A program made the translations under genes and the position numbers. The notes beneath the pieces were generated by a model that was not told the DNA's origin, did no database searches, and worked only from the letters and a program-made list of their open reading frames with translations. This document shows, piece after piece, positions 41,347 to 49,510 of a DNA stretch of 64,000 nucleotides (positions within the stretch are counted from its first letter, which is position 1; each line of letters starts with the position of its first letter). Source of the stretch: Thermoleophilaceae bacterium (GTDB lineage Bacteria; Actinomycetota; Thermoleophilia; Solirubrobacterales; Thermoleophilaceae); contig JADGHQ010000005.1 of assembly GCA_019683805.1 (NCBI GenBank), forward strand, positions 6,909-70,908, written 5' to 3'.

Positions 41347-41708
41347 AGCGCCGCTCCGAGCGTGCGCCCGAGCGCGGCGGCGGCGAGCCCGGCCGCGAGC
41401 GAGACCGCGACGTTCGCGAGCGCCGCGCGTCCCTCGCCGTCCTCGGCGAGCCGCTGGGTCTCGAGCATCCAGGTCGAGAACGTCGTGTAGGAGCCGAGCG
41501 CGCCCGTGCCGGCGACCAGCAGCGCGCTGCCGCCGACGGACGCGCCGCTGAGCAGCCCGAGCGCGAGCGCCCCGCTCACGTTCACGACGAGCGTGCCCAG
41601 GGGGAGGCGCGACCCCGCCCGGAGCGACACGGCGCCGTCGAGCAGGAAGCGCGCCAGCGCGCCGACGCCGCCCGCGGCGGCCACGCCGAGCCAGGCGGCG
41701 GCGCTCAC
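41343..41708 (-). CDS. crcB: Fluoride channel CrcB/Fluc subunit
   Basis: The GTG at 41708 overlaps the upstream crcB stop. 121 aa with 4 TM segments and GT..VN..G, G..GS.TTFST motifs. Confidence 0.85.
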   Translation of the reverse strand: MSAAAWLGVAAAGGVGALARFLLDGAVSLRAGSRLPLGTLVVNVSGALALGLLSGASVGGSALLVAGTGALGSYTTFSTWMLETQRLAEDGEGRAALANVAVSLAAGLAAAALGRTLGAAL

Positions 41709-42055
41709 GCGGCGAGCCTCGCTCTCCGCGCCAGCTTGGTCCCGAGCAGCACGCCGGCGAAGCCCCCGGCGACGCTCGCCGTCGCGTACCCCGCCGCGAG
41801 CGGCGCGCGTCCCGCGTCGAGCATGTCGAGCAGCTCGACCTGCACGGTCGAGAACGTGGTGAGCGCCCCGCACAGCCCCGTCCCGAGGAACGGCCGCTTG
41901 TACGCCGAGAGGGGCAGGCGCTCCTGCAGGCGCGTGACGAGCCACCCGAGCGCGAACGCCCCGGCGAGGTTCGCGGCGAGCGTCGCCCAGGGCCAGCGCG
42001 CGGACGGGTGCCCGAGCAGCTCCACGAGCCCCGCGCGGGCGAGCGCGCCGAGCAC
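41705..42055 (-). CDS. crcB: Fluoride channel CrcB/Fluc subunit; the start is probably upstream of the first canonical start codon
   Basis: WATLAANLAGAF and G.CGALTTFST motifs are present. Conserved TM1 residues (IFCGG) lie upstream of the GTG at 42055 in the same frame (see finding). Confidence 0.8.
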   Translation of the reverse strand: MLGALARAGLVELLGHPSARWPWATLAANLAGAFALGWLVTRLQERLPLSAYKRPFLGTGLCGALTTFSTVQVELLDMLDAGRAPLAAGYATASVAGGFAGVLLGTKLARRARLAA

Positions 42056-42323
42056 GCCGCCGCAGAAGATCGCGGCGAGCTCGCGGGCGTCGACGTTCGG
42101 GATGCGCTGCTGGGGCTCGCGTAGCTGGATGATCGCCTCCGTTCGGGCCGGGGACTCGACTGACAGGCTGCCGGCGACCGACGCGCACGGGCAACGTTTG
42201 CAGAACTGCCGGCGGTTCGGCGGGACGGGGCGGGCGGCAAGGCGCCCGGCCGGCGGCGAGGGCCCGGCGAGTGCTACAACCGCACGCTGGAGACGCTGCG
42301 AACGCAGGGCGTGCGCGGATGGA

Positions 42324-42396
42324 TAGCTCCGGGTGGATTCGAACCACCGACCTCACCATTATGAGTGGTGCGCTCTAACCGCTGAGCTACGGAGCC
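42324..42396 (-). tRNA. tRNA-Met (anticodon CAT), elongator-like; tRNA-Ile2 is not excluded
   Basis: The manual cloverleaf has acceptor GGCTCCG/CGGAGCT (G1-U72 wobble), D arm GCTC-AGCGGTTA-GAGC and anticodon arm CACCA-CTCATAA-TGGTG. The T arm is GGTGG-TTCGAAT-CCACC and the discriminator is A. Confidence 0.85.
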
Positions 42397-42420
42397 CGGC
42401 GACACAGGAGTCTAGACAGC

Positions 42421-43290
42421 TTGCTTCTCACAGTGCCGAACGTCAGCGAGGGACGCGACCGCGAGGCGATCGAGTCGCTGGCCCGGAGCTTCGCCCCCGC
42501 CCGGCTCCTCGACGTCCACACGGACCCCGACCACGGCCGCAGCGTCTTCACGCTCGCCGCCGAGCAGGGCGAGATCGCCGAGGCCCTGCTGGGCGGGGCG
42601 CGCGCGACGGTGGCGGCGATCGACCTCACCGGGCACGCCGGGCTGCACCCGCACGTAGGCGCGCTCGACGTCGCGCCGGTCGTCTACCTCGACGACGCGG
42701 ACCGCGGCGCGGCCTGCGCCGAGGCGCTCACCGCCGGCGCCCTGATCGGCGAGGAGCTCGGGCTGCCCGTGTTCCTCTACGGGCAGCTCGCCACCAGCGA
42801 CGGAACGCGCGAGCGGGCCGACATCCGACGCGGTGGGCCGCGCGAGCTCGCGCGCCGCCTCGAGGCGGGCGAGCTGCGGCCGGACTACGGGCCGCCGCGG
42901 GCGCACCCGACCGCGGGCGCGGTGCTGGTCACCGCGCGGCCGCCGCTCGTCGCCTTCAACATCGACCTTGCGACCGGCGACCTCGAGCTGGCGCGCCGGA
43001 TCGCGGCGCGCCTGCGCGAGTCGAACGGCGGCCTCGCCGGCGTGCGGGCGATCGGGCTGCCCCTCGCGCACCGCGGCCGCGCGCAGGTGTCGTTCAATGT
43101 CCACGACCATCGCGCGGTGCCGCTGCGGGTGCTCGTCGAGGAGGTCGCACGCGAGGCGCCGATCGCGGAGGCCGAGCTCGTGGGGCTCGCGCCGCGGGCC
43201 GCCTTCGACGGCTTCCCCGAGGACGTTCCGCTGCGCGGCTTCAGCCCCGAGCGGCATCTCATAGAAGAGGCGTTACGCTCCGTTACCTAG
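42421..43290 (+). CDS. Glutamate formimidoyltransferase (stand-alone FT domain)
   Basis: TTG start after an AGGAG. The N-terminus VPNVSEGRD is the formiminotransferase signature. The protein is 289 aa. Confidence 0.8.
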   Translation: MLLTVPNVSEGRDREAIESLARSFAPARLLDVHTDPDHGRSVFTLAAEQGEIAEALLGGARATVAAIDLTGHAGLHPHVGALDVAPVVYLDDADRGAACAEALTAGALIGEELGLPVFLYGQLATSDGTRERADIRRGGPRELARRLEAGELRPDYGPPRAHPTAGAVLVTARPPLVAFNIDLATGDLELARRIAARLRESNGGLAGVRAIGLPLAHRGRAQVSFNVHDHRAVPLRVLVEEVAREAPIAEAELVGLAPRAAFDGFPEDVPLRGFSPERHLIEEALRSVT

Positions 43291-43653
43291 ATGGCACAGA
43301 CGAGGAAGAGACGCCGCCGCAAGCACCGCGGGACGCCGGCCGGCACGATCGAGCGCCGCGGGCGTACGAGCAAGGCGCACGCGGGCCGGGCCGCGGGATC
43401 CGCGCGCCGGATGACCGCCGCCGAGCGGCGCGAGGCGCGCCTCAACCGCGAGCCGACCTGGAGCGCGTCGTTCCAGCGGGCCGGCATCGCCGCGCTGATC
43501 CTGCTCGTGTTCGTGTCCCTCGTGCAGCACAACGTGGCCGCCGGCGCCGTCCTCGCAGCGTTCTCGCTGATCCTGTACGTGCCGCTCGGCTACTACTTCG
43601 ACCGCCTGCTCTGGCAGCGGCGGATGCGCAAGCGGCAGGGCGGGGGGCGCTGA
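43291..43653 (+). CDS. Hypothetical membrane protein with a highly basic N-terminus
   Basis: 120 aa. MAQTRKRRRRKHRG... is followed by two hydrophobic helices. The ATG immediately follows the upstream stop. Confidence 0.45.
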   Translation: MAQTRKRRRRKHRGTPAGTIERRGRTSKAHAGRAAGSARRMTAAERREARLNREPTWSASFQRAGIAALILLVFVSLVQHNVAAGAVLAAFSLILYVPLGYYFDRLLWQRRMRKRQGGGR

Positions 43654-43654
43654 G

Positions 43655-44293
43655 GTGGACGTGCGCACCTTCACCGTCGGGCCACTTCAGGAGAACTGCC
43701 ACATCGTCCGCCGCGACGGATCCGACCGCGCCCTGATCGTCGACCCCGGCGAGGAAGCCCCGAGGCTGCTCGCCGCGCTCGAGGCGCTGGGCGTCACGCT
43801 CGACGGCATCCTGCTCACTCACACGCACTTCGACCACGTCGGCGCGGTCGCGCCGATCGCCCGGGCGACAGGCGCAGAGGTCTGGGTGCCCGAGATCGAG
43901 AAGGGCGTGCTCGCCGACATCATGAGCTACGTGCCGTGGCCGGGCTTCGGCCCGTTCGAGAGCTACGAGGCCGAGCACACCGTGAAGGGCGGCGAGCGGC
44001 TCGAGCTCGCGGGCTTCGAGATCGACGTGCTCTTCACGCCGGGGCACAGTCCGGGGCACGTGACCTACTCGTTCGCGGACGAGAAGGCGATCCTCTCCGG
44101 CGACGTGCTGTTCCGCGGGTCGGTCGGCCGCACCGACCTCCCCGGCGGCGACTGGCAGACGCTGCTCGACTCGATCCGCTCGCTCATGGACGCGCTGCCA
44201 GAGGACACCACGGTCCACCCCGGGCACATGGGCGTCACGACGCTGGGCGCAGAGCGCGCGTCGAATCCGTTCCTCGCCGAGCTCGCCCGGTAG
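43655..44293 (+). CDS. MBL-fold metallo-hydrolase (glyoxalase II-like)
   Basis: 212 aa with the THTHFDHVG motif, later GHSPGH and a C-terminal HPGH. Confidence 0.85.
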   Translation: MDVRTFTVGPLQENCHIVRRDGSDRALIVDPGEEAPRLLAALEALGVTLDGILLTHTHFDHVGAVAPIARATGAEVWVPEIEKGVLADIMSYVPWPGFGPFESYEAEHTVKGGERLELAGFEIDVLFTPGHSPGHVTYSFADEKAILSGDVLFRGSVGRTDLPGGDWQTLLDSIRSLMDALPEDTTVHPGHMGVTTLGAERASNPFLAELAR

Positions 44294-44295
44294 CG

Positions 44296-45546
44296 ATGGC
44301 GGGGGCGAGGCTCAAGGCCCCCCGGGGCACCTTCGATGTGCTGCCCGAGGACGGGCGCAGGCGAGAGCGGCTGCGCCGCCTCTTCGAGGAGCTGCTCGAC
44401 GCGGCCGGCTACGAGCCGTTCGAGACCCCCGTGTTCGAGCAGACCGAGGTGTTCGCGCGCGGTGTGGGGGAGACGACGGACATCGTCCAGAAGGAGATGT
44501 TCACCTTCGAGGACCAGGGCGGGCGGAGCCTGACGCTGCGCCCTGAGGGCACCGCGCCGATCTGCCGCGCGTACGTCGAGCACGGCATGCACAAGCTCCC
44601 GCAGCCCGTGAAGCTGCGCTACTTCGGCCCGTTCTTCAGGCACGAGGCGCCGCAGGCGGGACGCTACCGGCAGTTCAGCCAGCTCGGGGTCGAGGCCCTC
44701 GGCTCGGACGACCCCTCGCTCGACGCCGAGGCGATCGTCCTGCTCGACGAGCTGCTGCGCGCGGCGGGGGCGCGGGGGTTGCGGCTGCGGCTCTCGAGCC
44801 TCGGCACGCCGGAGACCCGCCGCGAGTACTCCGACGAGCTGCGCGCCTACCTGCGCCGGCACGAGTCCGAGCTCTCGGCGGAGGTGCGCGCGCGGCTCGA
44901 CGCCAACCCCCTGCGCGCGTTCGACTCCGACGATCCGGGCACGCGGGCGGTGATGGCCGAGGCTCCGAGGCTGCTCGAGCGGCTGGCCGACGAGGACGCG
45001 CAGCACTTCGCCGAGGTGCGCGCGCTGCTCGACGACGCGGGTGTCGCCTACGAGGTCGACAGCGGGCTCGTGCGCGGCCTCGACTACTACACGCGCACCG
45101 TGTTCGAGTTCACGAGCGACGCGCTCGGCGCCCAGAGCGGCGTGGCCGGCGGCGGGCGCTACAACGGCCTCGTGAGGCTGCTCGGCGGGCCCGACACCCC
45201 GGGCGTCGGCTGGGCGGCCGGGATCGAGCGGATCCTGCTCGCGGCGCAGCCCGAGGCGCCGCAGCCGCCGGCGCCCGTGTTCGTGGCGCGCGACGAGGGC
45301 GCGAGCGGGCGCGACGCCTTCCGTGTGCTGCGGACGCTCCGCGCCGAGGGGCTGCCCGCGCAGCTCGAGCAGGCGGGACGGTCGCTGAAGGGGCAGCTCA
45401 AGCACGCGGACAGGATCGGCGCCCGCGCCGTCGTGATCGTCGCCGACGGCGGGCTGCGGGTGCGCGACATGCGCTCGGGCGAGCAGCGCGAGGCGGCCGA
45501 CGCGGCCGAGGCTGCGCGACTCGTGATCGAATCCACGACTCGATGA
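44296..45546 (+). CDS. hisS: Histidine--tRNA ligase
   Basis: It carries class II motifs plus the HisRS-specific blocks (RGTFDVLP, LRPEGTAP.CR, RQF.Q.G.E, GGGRY..L). Confidence 0.95.
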   Translation: MAGARLKAPRGTFDVLPEDGRRRERLRRLFEELLDAAGYEPFETPVFEQTEVFARGVGETTDIVQKEMFTFEDQGGRSLTLRPEGTAPICRAYVEHGMHKLPQPVKLRYFGPFFRHEAPQAGRYRQFSQLGVEALGSDDPSLDAEAIVLLDELLRAAGARGLRLRLSSLGTPETRREYSDELRAYLRRHESELSAEVRARLDANPLRAFDSDDPGTRAVMAEAPRLLERLADEDAQHFAEVRALLDDAGVAYEVDSGLVRGLDYYTRTVFEFTSDALGAQSGVAGGGRYNGLVRLLGGPDTPGVGWAAGIERILLAAQPEAPQPPAPVFVARDEGASGRDAFRVLRTLRAEGLPAQLEQAGRSLKGQLKHADRIGARAVVIVADGGLRVRDMRSGEQREAADAAEAARLVIESTTR

Positions 45547-47366
45547 GGGAGCCGCGGCCGAACCGCTACCGCACCGGCTGGGCCGGCGACCAGCGCGCCG
45601 AGGGCGTGGGCCGCGAGCTGCGCGTGGCGGGCTGGGTGCACAGGCGCCGCGACCACGGCGGCCTGATCTTCATCGACCTGCGCGACCGCACCGGCCTGCT
45701 GCAGCTCGTCTTCCGGCCCGAGGAGAACCCGGAAGCCCACGCAGTCGCGCACACGCTGCGCTCCGAGGACGTGATCAGCGCGGTCGGGCAGCTCGTGCGC
45801 CGCGAGGAGGGCACGGTCAACCCGGGGCTGCCGACCGGCGAGGTGGAGCTGAACGTGCGCGCTGTGGAGAAGCTCGCGGACGCCGAGACCCCGCCCTTCC
45901 CGGTCGACGAGGACGGCCAGCTCGACGAGATGCTGCGCCTGCGCCACCGCTACCTCGACCTTCGCCGCGAGCGCATGCGGCGCAACATCGAGCTGCGCCA
46001 CGAGATCGTCGCCGCGATCCGCAGCCGGCTCGACCCGCTCGGCTTCCTCGAGATCGAGACGCCCTTCCTCACGCGCTCTACGCCCGAGGGCGCGCGCGAC
46101 TTCCTGGTGCCGAGCCGGCTCGAGCCGGGGTCGTTCTTCGCGCTGCCGCAGTCGCCGCAGCTCTTCAAGCAGCTCCTGATGGTCGGCGGGCTGGAGCGCT
46201 ACTACCAGATCGTCCGCTGCTTCCGTGACGAGGACGCGCGGGCCGACCGGCTGCCCGAGTTCACGCAGCTCGACATCGAGATGTCGTTCGTCGAGGAGGA
46301 CGACGTGCTCGAGGTCGCGGAGGCCGTCACCCAGGCGATGCTGGCGGCCGGCGGGGTGAGCATCGAGCTGCCGCTCGAGCGGGTGCCCTACGACGAGGCG
46401 ATGCTGCGCTACGGGTCGGACCGTCCGGACCGTCGCATCGGCATGGAGATCCACGACCTCGGCGAGGTGTTCGCCGGCAGCGGCTTCAGGGTCTTCGCCG
46501 ACGCGCTCGCGAGCGGCAAGGCGGTGCGCGGCTTCGCTGCCAGGGGCGAGCTCACGCGGCGGCGCTTCGACGAGCTGACCGAGCAGGCGCGGCGGCTCGG
46601 GGCGGGAGGCCTCGTGTGGGCGGTGGTGGAGGAGGGCGGCTGGCGCTCGCCGGTCGCGAAGTTCCTCTCCCCGCAGGAGATGGAGGCGGCGGCCCGCGCG
46701 GTCGGCGCGGAGCGCGGCGACGCGATCCTGATCGTCGCCGACACGCCCGCGACGACCGCACGGGTGCTCGGGCAGCTCCGCCTCGAGCTCGCGCCCGCCG
46801 CGGTCGAGGGCCACGACGTCTTCTGGGTCGTCGACTTCCCGATGCTCGAGTGGAACGAGGACGAGGGCCGCTGGGACGCGCTCCATCACCCCTTCACCGC
46901 GCCGGTCGGGGACCTCGACTCAGACCCCGGCACGTGGCGGAGCCGCGCCTACGACATCGTCTGGAACGGCAACGAGATCGGCGGCGGCTCGATCCGCATC
47001 AACATGCCCGAGGTCCAGGAGCGCGTGTTCGACGCGCTCGGCATCCCGCCCGAAGAGGCGCGCGAGCGCTTCGGCTTCCTGCTCGACGCCTTCCGCTACG
47101 GCGCGCCCCCGCACGGCGGCATCGCCTTCGGCATCGACCGCATCGTGGCCCTCTGCGCCGGCGAGGACTCGATCCGCGACGTGATCGCCTTCCCGAAGCT
47201 CGCGAGCGGCTTCGACCCGCTCACCGGCGCGCCGGCGCCGGTCGATGAGCCGCAGCTGCGCGAGCTCGGCCTGCGGCTCGCCGCGGCGCCGGGGGCTCGC
47301 GCGCGGGGGGAGGAGGCCCCCGCGCCCCAGCACCCCGAGGAGACCGGGACAGCGGAACGCCGCTAG
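45543..47366 (+). CDS. aspS: Aspartate--tRNA ligase
   Basis: 607 aa. The start overlaps the hisS stop. It has an OB-fold N-terminus (GWVHRRRDHGGLIFIDLRD), then FRDED.RADR, QLD.EMSF and GGGSIRI. Confidence 0.95.
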   Translation: MREPRPNRYRTGWAGDQRAEGVGRELRVAGWVHRRRDHGGLIFIDLRDRTGLLQLVFRPEENPEAHAVAHTLRSEDVISAVGQLVRREEGTVNPGLPTGEVELNVRAVEKLADAETPPFPVDEDGQLDEMLRLRHRYLDLRRERMRRNIELRHEIVAAIRSRLDPLGFLEIETPFLTRSTPEGARDFLVPSRLEPGSFFALPQSPQLFKQLLMVGGLERYYQIVRCFRDEDARADRLPEFTQLDIEMSFVEEDDVLEVAEAVTQAMLAAGGVSIELPLERVPYDEAMLRYGSDRPDRRIGMEIHDLGEVFAGSGFRVFADALASGKAVRGFAARGELTRRRFDELTEQARRLGAGGLVWAVVEEGGWRSPVAKFLSPQEMEAAARAVGAERGDAILIVADTPATTARVLGQLRLELAPAAVEGHDVFWVVDFPMLEWNEDEGRWDALHHPFTAPVGDLDSDPGTWRSRAYDIVWNGNEIGGGSIRINMPEVQERVFDALGIPPEEARERFGFLLDAFRYGAPPHGGIAFGIDRIVALCAGEDSIRDVIAFPKLASGFDPLTGAPAPVDEPQLRELGLRLAAAPGARARGEEAPAPQHPEETGTAERR

Positions 47367-47613
47367 GGGCGCCGGCCACCGGCGTTGCTACGCTCGGTCC
47401 TGGCTCGAGCCTGTGCGACAGCCGTTCTCGTTACTTGAACCAACACGATGGGAGTCGGGTGCCCGACTGCGGGGCGGATCGTGGTCCTCCCTCGCGGGCG
47501 CCCAATCTTGCTGAAGCAAGGTTCAACTCCCGAGGCGGCATCGGCAGGCTGGGGCCTTTTCTTCGCGCGGGGTCGCGCTTGCGGCGCCGTCCGTGTGTGC
47601 GACCCTTGAGCCG
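47367..47613 (+). promoter_or_regulatory. Unassigned structured, lower-GC leader or small RNA upstream of the IscU-MnmA gene
   Basis: Stable local hairpins are present at 47453-47468 (6 bp) and 47504-47523 (8 bp, UGAA loop). A short hairpin plus TTTTCTT lies at 47546-47563. No frame is coding-like. Confidence 0.35.
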
Positions 47614-49125
47614 ATGGCGACAGATCCCGTGGCGCGCGGCAGCGGACTGACCGATCACCTCGCTTTCCCGCGCGGGAAGGGCGCGCTCGCGCGCTCGCCC
47701 CACGCCGGCGCGGCCGGCGGGGCCGCCTGTGGCGACCTCGTGCGCGTCGCCGTGCGCCTGGAGGGCGACAGGGTGGCGGAGGCCGGGTTCGACGCCGCTG
47801 GGTGCGCCGCCGCCCAGGCCGCCGGCAGCGCCGTGGTCGAGCTCGTCGAGGGCGAGCCGCTGCTGGTCGCGGCGCGCGTCACCGCGGCCGACGTCGGGCG
47901 CGAGCTCGGGGGCCTCTCGCCCGAGCGGATGCACGCCGCGGAGCTCGCCGCGGACGCGCTCCACCGCGCGATCGGCGCCGCCGCCCGTGACGGCGCCCCG
48001 CGGCTGCGGCCGAGCCCGGCGCGCACGCTCGTCGCGATGAGCGGCGGGGTCGACAGCGCGGTCGCGGCGCAGCTCGCGCTCGAGCGCGGCGACGAGGTGA
48101 TCGGGGTGACCCTCGAGCTGTGGGCGGACCCCGCCGGCGACGGCACCCTGAGCTGCTGCTCGCCGCAGGCCGTCACGGGCGCCCGCGCGCTCGCGCACCG
48201 GATGGGCATCCCGCACATCACGCTCGACCTGCGCGAGGGCTTCCGCCGCGAGGTCGTGGACGACTTCCTCGCCGCCCACGCAGCCGGGGCCACGCCCAAC
48301 CCCTGCGTGCGCTGCAACGGCCTCGTGCGCTTCGACGCGATGCTCGCGCTGGCCGAGCGGCTCGGCGCCGCGCGGCTCGCCACGGGTCACTACGCCCGCA
48401 TCGAGCGGACCCCGGACGGCCCGCTCCTGCGGGCCGCGGCGGACGCGCGCAAGGACCAGTCGTACATGCTCGCCCGCCTCGCCCCGGCGGAGCTCGAGCG
48501 TCTCTGGTTCCCGCTCGGCGAGCTCGAGAAGCCGCGGGTGCGCGGGCTCGCGGAGGCGGCGGGCCTGCCGGTGGCGCGCAAGCCCGAGAGCCAGGACCTC
48601 TGCTTCCTCGCAGGCGGCGCGCGCGCCGACTTCCTGGCTCGCCACGGCTCCGCGCCGTCCGGCCCCGGCGAGATCGTCGACCTGGAGGGCCGCGTCCTCG
48701 GCCTGCACCCGGGCCACGAGCTCTTCACCGTCGGCCAGCGCAGGGGGATCGGCGTGCCGGCGCCCGAGCCCCTGTACGTGATCGCGAAGGACGCTTCCAG
48801 GAACCGCATCACCGTCGGGCCGCGGCGGGCGCTCGCGACGACCGCGGTCGCCGTGAGCGACGTGCGGCTGCACCGGCCTGCGGCGGCGGTCGACCGGGTC
48901 AAGCTCAGGTACCGTTCGCCCGCGGTTCGCTGCCGGGTCGAGCAGCTCGACGCGGCCACGGGCTCGCACCCCGGGGTCACGCTCCTGCTCGAGGAGGCGG
49001 TGGACGGGGTGGCTGCGGGGCAGACCGCCTGCCTGCTCGCCGGCGAGCTGGTCGTCGGGTGCGGCGTGATCGCGGGTCCCGCGGAACGGCGAGGAGCGAG
49101 AAGGGAGGCCACGCTTGCCGTCTGA
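47614..49125 (+). CDS. mnmA: Fusion protein: N-terminal IscU/NifU-N-like domain plus tRNA 2-thiouridine(34) synthase MnmA
   Basis: The ATG at 47614 is preferred (alternative GTG at 47593). The N-terminal domain reads ...AACGDLVRVAV...FDAAGCAAAQAAGS...ERMHAAELA. The MnmA part has the PP-loop AMSGGVDSAV, then NPCVRCN and QDLCF. Confidence 0.85.
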   Translation: MATDPVARGSGLTDHLAFPRGKGALARSPHAGAAGGAACGDLVRVAVRLEGDRVAEAGFDAAGCAAAQAAGSAVVELVEGEPLLVAARVTAADVGRELGGLSPERMHAAELAADALHRAIGAAARDGAPRLRPSPARTLVAMSGGVDSAVAAQLALERGDEVIGVTLELWADPAGDGTLSCCSPQAVTGARALAHRMGIPHITLDLREGFRREVVDDFLAAHAAGATPNPCVRCNGLVRFDAMLALAERLGAARLATGHYARIERTPDGPLLRAAADARKDQSYMLARLAPAELERLWFPLGELEKPRVRGLAEAAGLPVARKPESQDLCFLAGGARADFLARHGSAPSGPGEIVDLEGRVLGLHPGHELFTVGQRRGIGVPAPEPLYVIAKDASRNRITVGPRRALATTAVAVSDVRLHRPAAAVDRVKLRYRSPAVRCRVEQLDAATGSHPGVTLLLEEAVDGVAAGQTACLLAGELVVGCGVIAGPAERRGARREATLAV

Positions 49126-49510
49126 CAGGATCGAGTTGACCACCCCCGTGGGGCGCGACTGGGACCCGGTCGTGCGCCTCGTGCTCGGCGGCATCGCGGA
49201 CCGCCTCAACCTCGGGTTCGAGGAGCTCGACGACCTCCAGCTCGCCGTGGAGCGCCTGCTGCTCGAGGCGGGCCCGCAGGCCTCGGTGAAGCTCTCGTTC
49301 GAGCTGTCCGACCACTCCCTGCGCACGCGCATCGGCCCGCTGCGCGCCGCCGCGCTCGCAGAGGCGCTCCAGGGCCCGCCGCCGCCGCCGCCAGGGGAGC
49401 TCACGCTCCGCCGCATCCTCGAGACTGTCGTCGACTCCTTCGGCGTCGAGGACGTCGGGCACGACGGCAGCCTCGTGGTGCGCCTCGAGAAAGTAGTCCA
49501 GGGAGGGTGA
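49115..49510 (+). CDS. RsbW/SpoIIAB-like anti-sigma factor homologue lacking recognisable ATP-binding boxes
   Basis: TTG start after the SD AAGGGAGG, overlapping the mnmA 3' end. The N-terminal layout IELTTPVGRDWDPVVRLVLGGIADRLNLGFEELDDLQLAVERLLLEA parallels RsbW. The stop overlaps the sigma gene start. Confidence 0.5.
   Translation: MPSDRIELTTPVGRDWDPVVRLVLGGIADRLNLGFEELDDLQLAVERLLLEAGPQASVKLSFELSDHSLRTRIGPLRAAALAEALQGPPPPPPGELTLRRILETVVDSFGVEDVGHDGSLVVRLEKVVQGG

Noticed and set aside
42056-42323. An expected fluoride (crcB-motif) riboswitch upstream of the crcB pair.
   Set aside because: I read the minus strand base by base. AACCGCC and AAACG strings occur, but the defining GGNGAUG…CNCC stem, the CUAAUGA/UGAUGA segment and the CCUAC pseudoknot partner are absent. 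I cannot support a call without cmsearch.
36119-42396. A possible genomic island bounded by tRNA-Gln and tRNA-Met (ABC exporter pair, PPOX, DUF190, crcB).
   Set aside because: There is no integrase, no direct repeat of either tRNA 3' end that I could find, and no visible shift in GC content or codon style relative to the flanks.
47367-47613. A T-box leader, a tRNA-like or tmRNA fragment, or a small protein (track ORF 47435..47650).
   Set aside because: GUGGUCCUCC only loosely resembles the T-box UGGUACCGCG core, and the downstream gene is not an aaRS or amino-acid gene. GGTTCAACTCC is T-loop-like, but no acceptor or anticodon arms can be drawn. The ORF has many A/T third positions, unlike real genes here.
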